Below are positions 59,501 to 64,000 of a DNA stretch of 64,000 nucleotides, piece after piece. The stretch covers positions 9,610,001 through 9,674,000 of the forward strand of contig CATNEN010000038.1 in NCBI GenBank assembly GCA_950097015.1, read 5' to 3'. The notes beneath the pieces were generated by a model. That model saw only the letters and a program-made list of their open reading frames with translations. It ran no database searches and was not told where the DNA came from. The stretch's first letter is position 1. Each line of letters opens with the position of its first letter. The translations under genes and the position numbers were made by a program. The DNA comes from Macrostomum hystrix (Eukaryota > Animalia > Platyhelminthes).

Positions 59501-62500
59501 CATCTCTCCCGTGTCTCATCTCTCCCCTGTCTCATCCCTCCCGTGTCTCATCTCTCCCGTGTCTCATCTCTCCCGTGTCTTATCTCTCCCGTGTCTCATC
59601 TCTCCCGTGTCTCATATCTCCCCTGTCTCATCTCTCCCGTGTCTCATCTCTCCCGTGTCTCATCTCTCCCGTGTCTCATCTCTCCCGTGTCTCATCTCTC
59701 CCGTGTCTCATATCTCCCGTGTCTCATCTCACCCGTGTCTCATATCACCCGTGTCTCATATCACCCGTGTCTCATATCTCCCGTGTCTCATCTCTCCCGT
59801 GTCTCATCTCTCCCGTGTCTCATATCTCCCGTGTCTCATCTCACCCGTGTCTCATATCACCCGTGTCTCATATCTCCCGTGTCTCATATCTCCCGTGTCT
59901 CATCTCTCCCGTGTCTCATTTCTCCCCTGTCTCATCCCTCCCGTGTCTCATATCTCCCGTGTCTCATCTCACCCGTGTCTCATATCTCCCGTGTCTCATA
60001 TCTCCCGTGTCTCATCTCTTCTCTGTCAAATTCCCAACTTCTCCCCTTCCTTAACTCCAGGAGCGCCCTGGCCAATCGCACAGTCGGTGGGGGTTTTGAG
60101 TATGGCAGCTACTACTCAAACTCTGAGATTGTTTTCCTGGACCTGCCAAATATGCACGCCATTCGGCAGAGCTTCGCAGCCATGCAGCAGCGCGCGCTGG
60201 CCCCGGATGCTGTTGGCCTGGGGGTCAGCGAAGCTGAGGGCGACCTCAACGGCGGTGGCGGCGCCTGCCTGCTTGGCGAGCTGGAGCGATCCAGATGGCT
60301 GCAGCATGTCTCCACGCTGATTGGCCACGCTCGGAGGCTGGCGGCTGCGCTAACCGTTGATGGTGGGCACATTTTGTGCGGTTTTTCACCAGCAATTTAG
60401 ATACATTCAGCTTCAAATCCCTTCCTTGATTGATTGCCCATTTTAAAACCTATTTTAATCCCAATTTACGAATCCACTTTTTTAAATGCCAATTTTTGAA
60501 TATACTTTTTTAAATCCCAATTTTCGAATCCACTTTTTAAATCCCAATTTTAGAATCCACCTTATAATCCCAATTTTAGAATCCACTTTTTAATCCCAAT
60601 TTTAGAATCCACCTTATAATCCCAATTTTAGAATCCACTTTTTAATCCCAATTTTAAAATCCACTTTTTGAATCCCAATTTCAAAAGCTTTTTTTTCATC
60701 CTAATTTTACAATCCACTTTTTAATCTCAATTCTAGAATCCATATTTAGTCCCAATTTTGGAATCCACTTTTTAATCCCAATTTTAGAATCAAATTTTTA
60801 ATCCCAACTTTAGAATCCACTTTTTAACGTAATTAAAAATCACACATTTTTCGAATCCTTACCTCTAAATTCAGGATCTCCCTACATTATTCCCCAAATT
60901 CCCAGAATTCCCCAATACAATCGAGTCGCCCACAAACCCACGCAGGCCGGTCGGTGCTGGTGCATTGCACAGACGGCTGGGACAGAACTCCGCAGCTCGC
61001 CAGCCTGACTCTGCTCCTGGCCGACCCGCACTACCGGAGCCTCGCCGGCCTGCGCACCCTGCTGCAGCGAGAGTGGCTGCACTTTGGCCACAGATTCGCC
61101 AGCCGCTGCGGCTCCGGCGAGGCGCCAGACGATCCGAACGAATGGTCGCCGATTTTCGTCCAATTCCTTGACTGCCTGCACCAGCTGATTGGCCAGTGCC
61201 CCGCTGAGTTCGAGTTTACGGATGTCCTGCTGCGCCGATTGGCCATCCACTGCTACAGCGGCCTATTCGCCGAGCTCACCTGCAATTCGCAGGCCGAGCG
61301 ACAGAAACTGTTCGAACAGCAGCAGCAGCAGTCGTCACTGTTTCAATTGTTCAGCCTCCAGGGCGCCAAGAACCTGTTTTATCAACCGACTGGCTGCCTG
61401 AATCAGCTGGACATCAGCCTGGCGAGTCTCAAAATCTGGTCTGAACTGTACGCGCCGGCTAGTCAGCTGCGATCTGCTTCTTCTGGTAGCGGTAGCAGCT
61501 GCTTCGGCAGCTTCCGCTGCGACTTTGACGGGCTTCCGATTGAGATTGAGCCAGGCCAGGTAAGTTGGGCGATTTCTAGTTTTTTCATGTTCACAGGGTG
61601 AGATGATCAAATCTCAAGGTGAGATGATCGATTTTCAAGGTGAGATGATCGATTCTCAAGGTAAGATGATCAAATCTCAGGGTGAGATGATCAATCAAAG
61701 GTTAAAAACTCAGTTTAAGATATCAATTACTCAGAATAATTGTTTGACATTTTAGTATAGTCAGAGTTTCAGAATACAGTAAATAAATTGAAATCTCAGT
61801 GTGAGATAGTTTAAAATTTGAGCAGACTTAAATAAGAAAACCGAGGTGCAGTTCCTCGATTGAGTTTATCTGTTGCTACGACAACTGCAAAACCGTTCTG
61901 CCTGACCTCATTCGCATCAGTCGCAGCTGCGGTCGCTCATGCGTCAGCTGGAAGAATGTCAACTGAAGTCGCGCCAGCTGCGTGACCAGCTCAACCAGTT
62001 CGCTGCTAGCTATCCCGCTGAAGCTGCGGCAGTGGAGGCGCTGTCCCAGTCGCCGCATGACCAGCAGTCGCTTCTGCCCAGCCTGGAGATTATCGAAAAA
62101 ACGGTTGCCCGCCGCTGCTTCACCCACTGGGTGCCCGATCATCAGCGCGGCCGGTGCGCCGGCTGCGGCGCCGAGTTCTGGCTGCCATTGCGCCGCCGGC
62201 ATCACTGCCGAGCCTGCGGCGATGTGTTTTGCCACTCCTGCTGCTCCGAATATGTCCGCCTGCCCGGCCAGATGCTGCGCGACCTCTGCCGAGTTTGCAA
62301 GCCCTGCGCTGCAGCAGCAGCAGCATCTGCTACCGTCTCCGCCGCCGGCGCTGACCCGGATTCAGCTGCTGTTAAGGAAACCAACGCCAGCGTCGAAGTC
62401 GAAGACAAAAGTGCATCAGCCAGTGCCGCAGCTGCCGCAGCCGCTGTTTTAGCCGCGCCTTTGGCTATGCCATCGTCTGAGGCTATTAGAATTTCTGTGA

Positions 62501-62508
62501 AGTCTTGA
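56583..62508 (+). CDS. Myotubularin-related phosphoinositide 3-phosphatase, MTMR3/4-like, with C-terminal FYVE (about 767 aa); exons 56583-57145, 57523-57759, 60061-60362, 60946-61559, 61921 (or 61927)-62508
   Basis: PH-GRAM-like N-terminus, FRSRGRFPSVVW, IADAR, SALANR..GGGFE, catalytic VHCTDGWDRT, REWLHFGHRF, SPIFVQFLDC, coiled coil, FYVE WVPD..RRRHHCRACG..RVC; junctions keep frame (2304 nt). Confidence 0.93.
57170..57495 (+). repeat. 30-bp minisatellite GTGAGATTTCCATGCCCCAGACTGTCAWGG (MTMR intron 1)
   Basis: 9 near-perfect units plus degenerate ones. Confidence 0.93.
57780..58930 (+). repeat. 16-bp minisatellite TGACCTGTATGACCAC (MTMR intron 2)
   Basis: About 70 units with a 368-bp higher-order duplication. 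Confidence 0.95.
59392..60022 (+). repeat. 16-bp minisatellite CCGTGTCTCATCTCTC (MTMR intron 2)
   Basis: About 39 units. Confidence 0.95.
60445..60830 (+). repeat. About 25-bp minisatellite TTTTAATCCCAATTTTAGAATCCAC (MTMR intron 3)
   Basis: About 15 degenerate units. Confidence 0.88.
61596..61693 (+). repeat. 21-bp repeat GGTGAGATGATC.A.TCTCAA (MTMR intron 4)
   Basis: About 5 units. Confidence 0.8.
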
Positions 62509-63690
62509 CCGATAAAAACTGTTGTCTTTAGAGTTTTGTGATATATTTTCAAACCTGTGCTTCATACTGTCATAGACCTTGCCTTTTTCATGTTTCATTC
62601 AAAGCATAATTCTTCTTATTTTTGAAGATTCGTAAAAACAAACAAAATAATAATGCTCGTATTTAAACTCGCGCCAATAAAACTCGCATCGAGAAATAAC
62701 GACGTCGGTAAAATTGGCACGAAATTTAAATTTATCGAGACTATAGTGCAAACTGGATCTGAAACCGAGTAAAACCCAGCCATGCGGATAGAGATTTTCA
62801 GTATTAAAGCAGTCTTAAATTAGTTTTTACGAGCTTAATTTTTACGTCTTACGTTATCTTTTTGCGTTAATTTTCTACAGGTCGTTCTATTTTTTTCATG
62901 CAAAGTCAGTTATAATCCAGGATTAGGCAACTGTCACAAGCATTGAAGAGCATAGATTTGTCTTTTGGAACTTCCATTTTTGCATCGATCTGTTTTGCTC
63001 ATGTTTTTTCTTGACTTCTGATGCAGTGCGTTGTCGATCGTTAAATATGTTTATCTCCCTGTTTCATCGCCAGTTTTTTATGTAATCAATTGTTTTCCTC
63101 AAGTGCCTTCCTTCCTTCTTGATTCACACGCGGCTTGACTTCTGTGTCAAGCAGATTAATGAATGACATAATTTAACCTAGTTTTATATTCAAGTACAAT
63201 TAGCTATGCTTAGCTTTTCATTGCGCGCTCACTTTCTTTCCTAACAAAAATGCATCACTACGCTCGTATATTTCATATCCTAGTTAATTAACTTCTGATT
63301 GCAACTTTCAAGTGTGAAATGTGAAGCGCTTTACGAAACTGGGTGTTGGGTGGGTGTTTAGGAGTTTTAACCCAAAGCCGCATTATCAACCGACTATTAT
63401 GTTGTCATGTCTATCCGGTGCCCATCTAAATCGTACAATATTCTCACCTCAGAACTGGTGTTGTTTAAGCCCATATTGGCTTATTTTTATCTGTGTACAG
63501 TCTTAGTTGATTTAAGAGGTTCATTAATTTTGTTTGATGTCTTTTAAAGACTTATAAAAGTTTTTATAGTTTATTTAAGTAACAAAGGCATGCGTACAAG
63601 AGTACAGATAATCTATTTTCATTCATCTGTAATTTTATATTTAGGACGTTATTTTATAGTTCTAGAGTTCATTGTTCCAGTCCAGCTTTG

Positions 63691-64000
63691 TGTGACATAA
63701 TCTATAAATTTATTATATTTACTAGATTCAAAACTTGGCACTGGCCCAACAAACACGCACTATTTGATTTGTGCGTTCGCGACCGACCATGCCCCCTCTA
63801 GAGGTCGTTTGGAGGCTCTCGACCGACCACTCCCATATAGTTAGGAGGCTCTCGACCGGCCACTCCCATATAGTTAGGAGGCTCTCGACCGGCCACTCCC
63901 GGTCGAGTATAGTTCTATCTATCTATCTGCAGGGGGCCCGGGGCACTTGTCGCACAAGCGACAGAGCGGCACGCCCCCAGACCGGCGAACTAGGCGCTTT
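63691..64000. mobile_element. Possible LTR-retrotransposon terminus with internal 33-bp tandem repeat
   Basis: Abrupt TGTGACA start, minus-strand AATAAA close to the end, rise in GC, 33-bp units at 63811, 63844 and 63877; runs off the window. Confidence 0.35.

Overview
Eukaryotic, intron-containing animal DNA, most likely a free-living flatworm such as Macrostomum. This is an inference from GC-rich exons in AT-rich, minisatellite-stuffed introns, an NPF gene and a spliced-leader-like motif. Spliced gene models reconstructed by eye: a 2-exon single-pass membrane protein with an acidic tail; a 3-exon 5-HT1-like GPCR (-); two paralogous, strongly divergent ionotropic-glutamate-receptor-like channels (+, 8 and about 10 exons); GAR1; a possible PIH1/CS-domain gene; an NPF/NPY precursor (-); mu-crystallin/ornithine cyclodeaminase (-); and an MTMR3/4-like myotubularin with a FYVE domain (+). 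Mobile DNA: an intact IS630/Tc1/mariner element with 145-bp TIRs and an unusual DD31E triad, a deleted DD34D mariner, two tRNA-headed SINE families, MITE-like foldbacks, a possible LTR edge and about 20 different minisatellites. Highlights: (1) a genome-encoded spliced-leader-like sequence apparently forming a first exon at a divergent promoter; (2) an iGluR-like pair with hard-wired Q versus R at the pore site and altered SYTANLAAF gates; (3) the DD31E transposon; (4) a SINE whose target-site duplication copies a splice donor; (5) one private minisatellite per intron, some with higher-order repeats. Most long ORFs in the supplied track that lie in repeats are artefacts.
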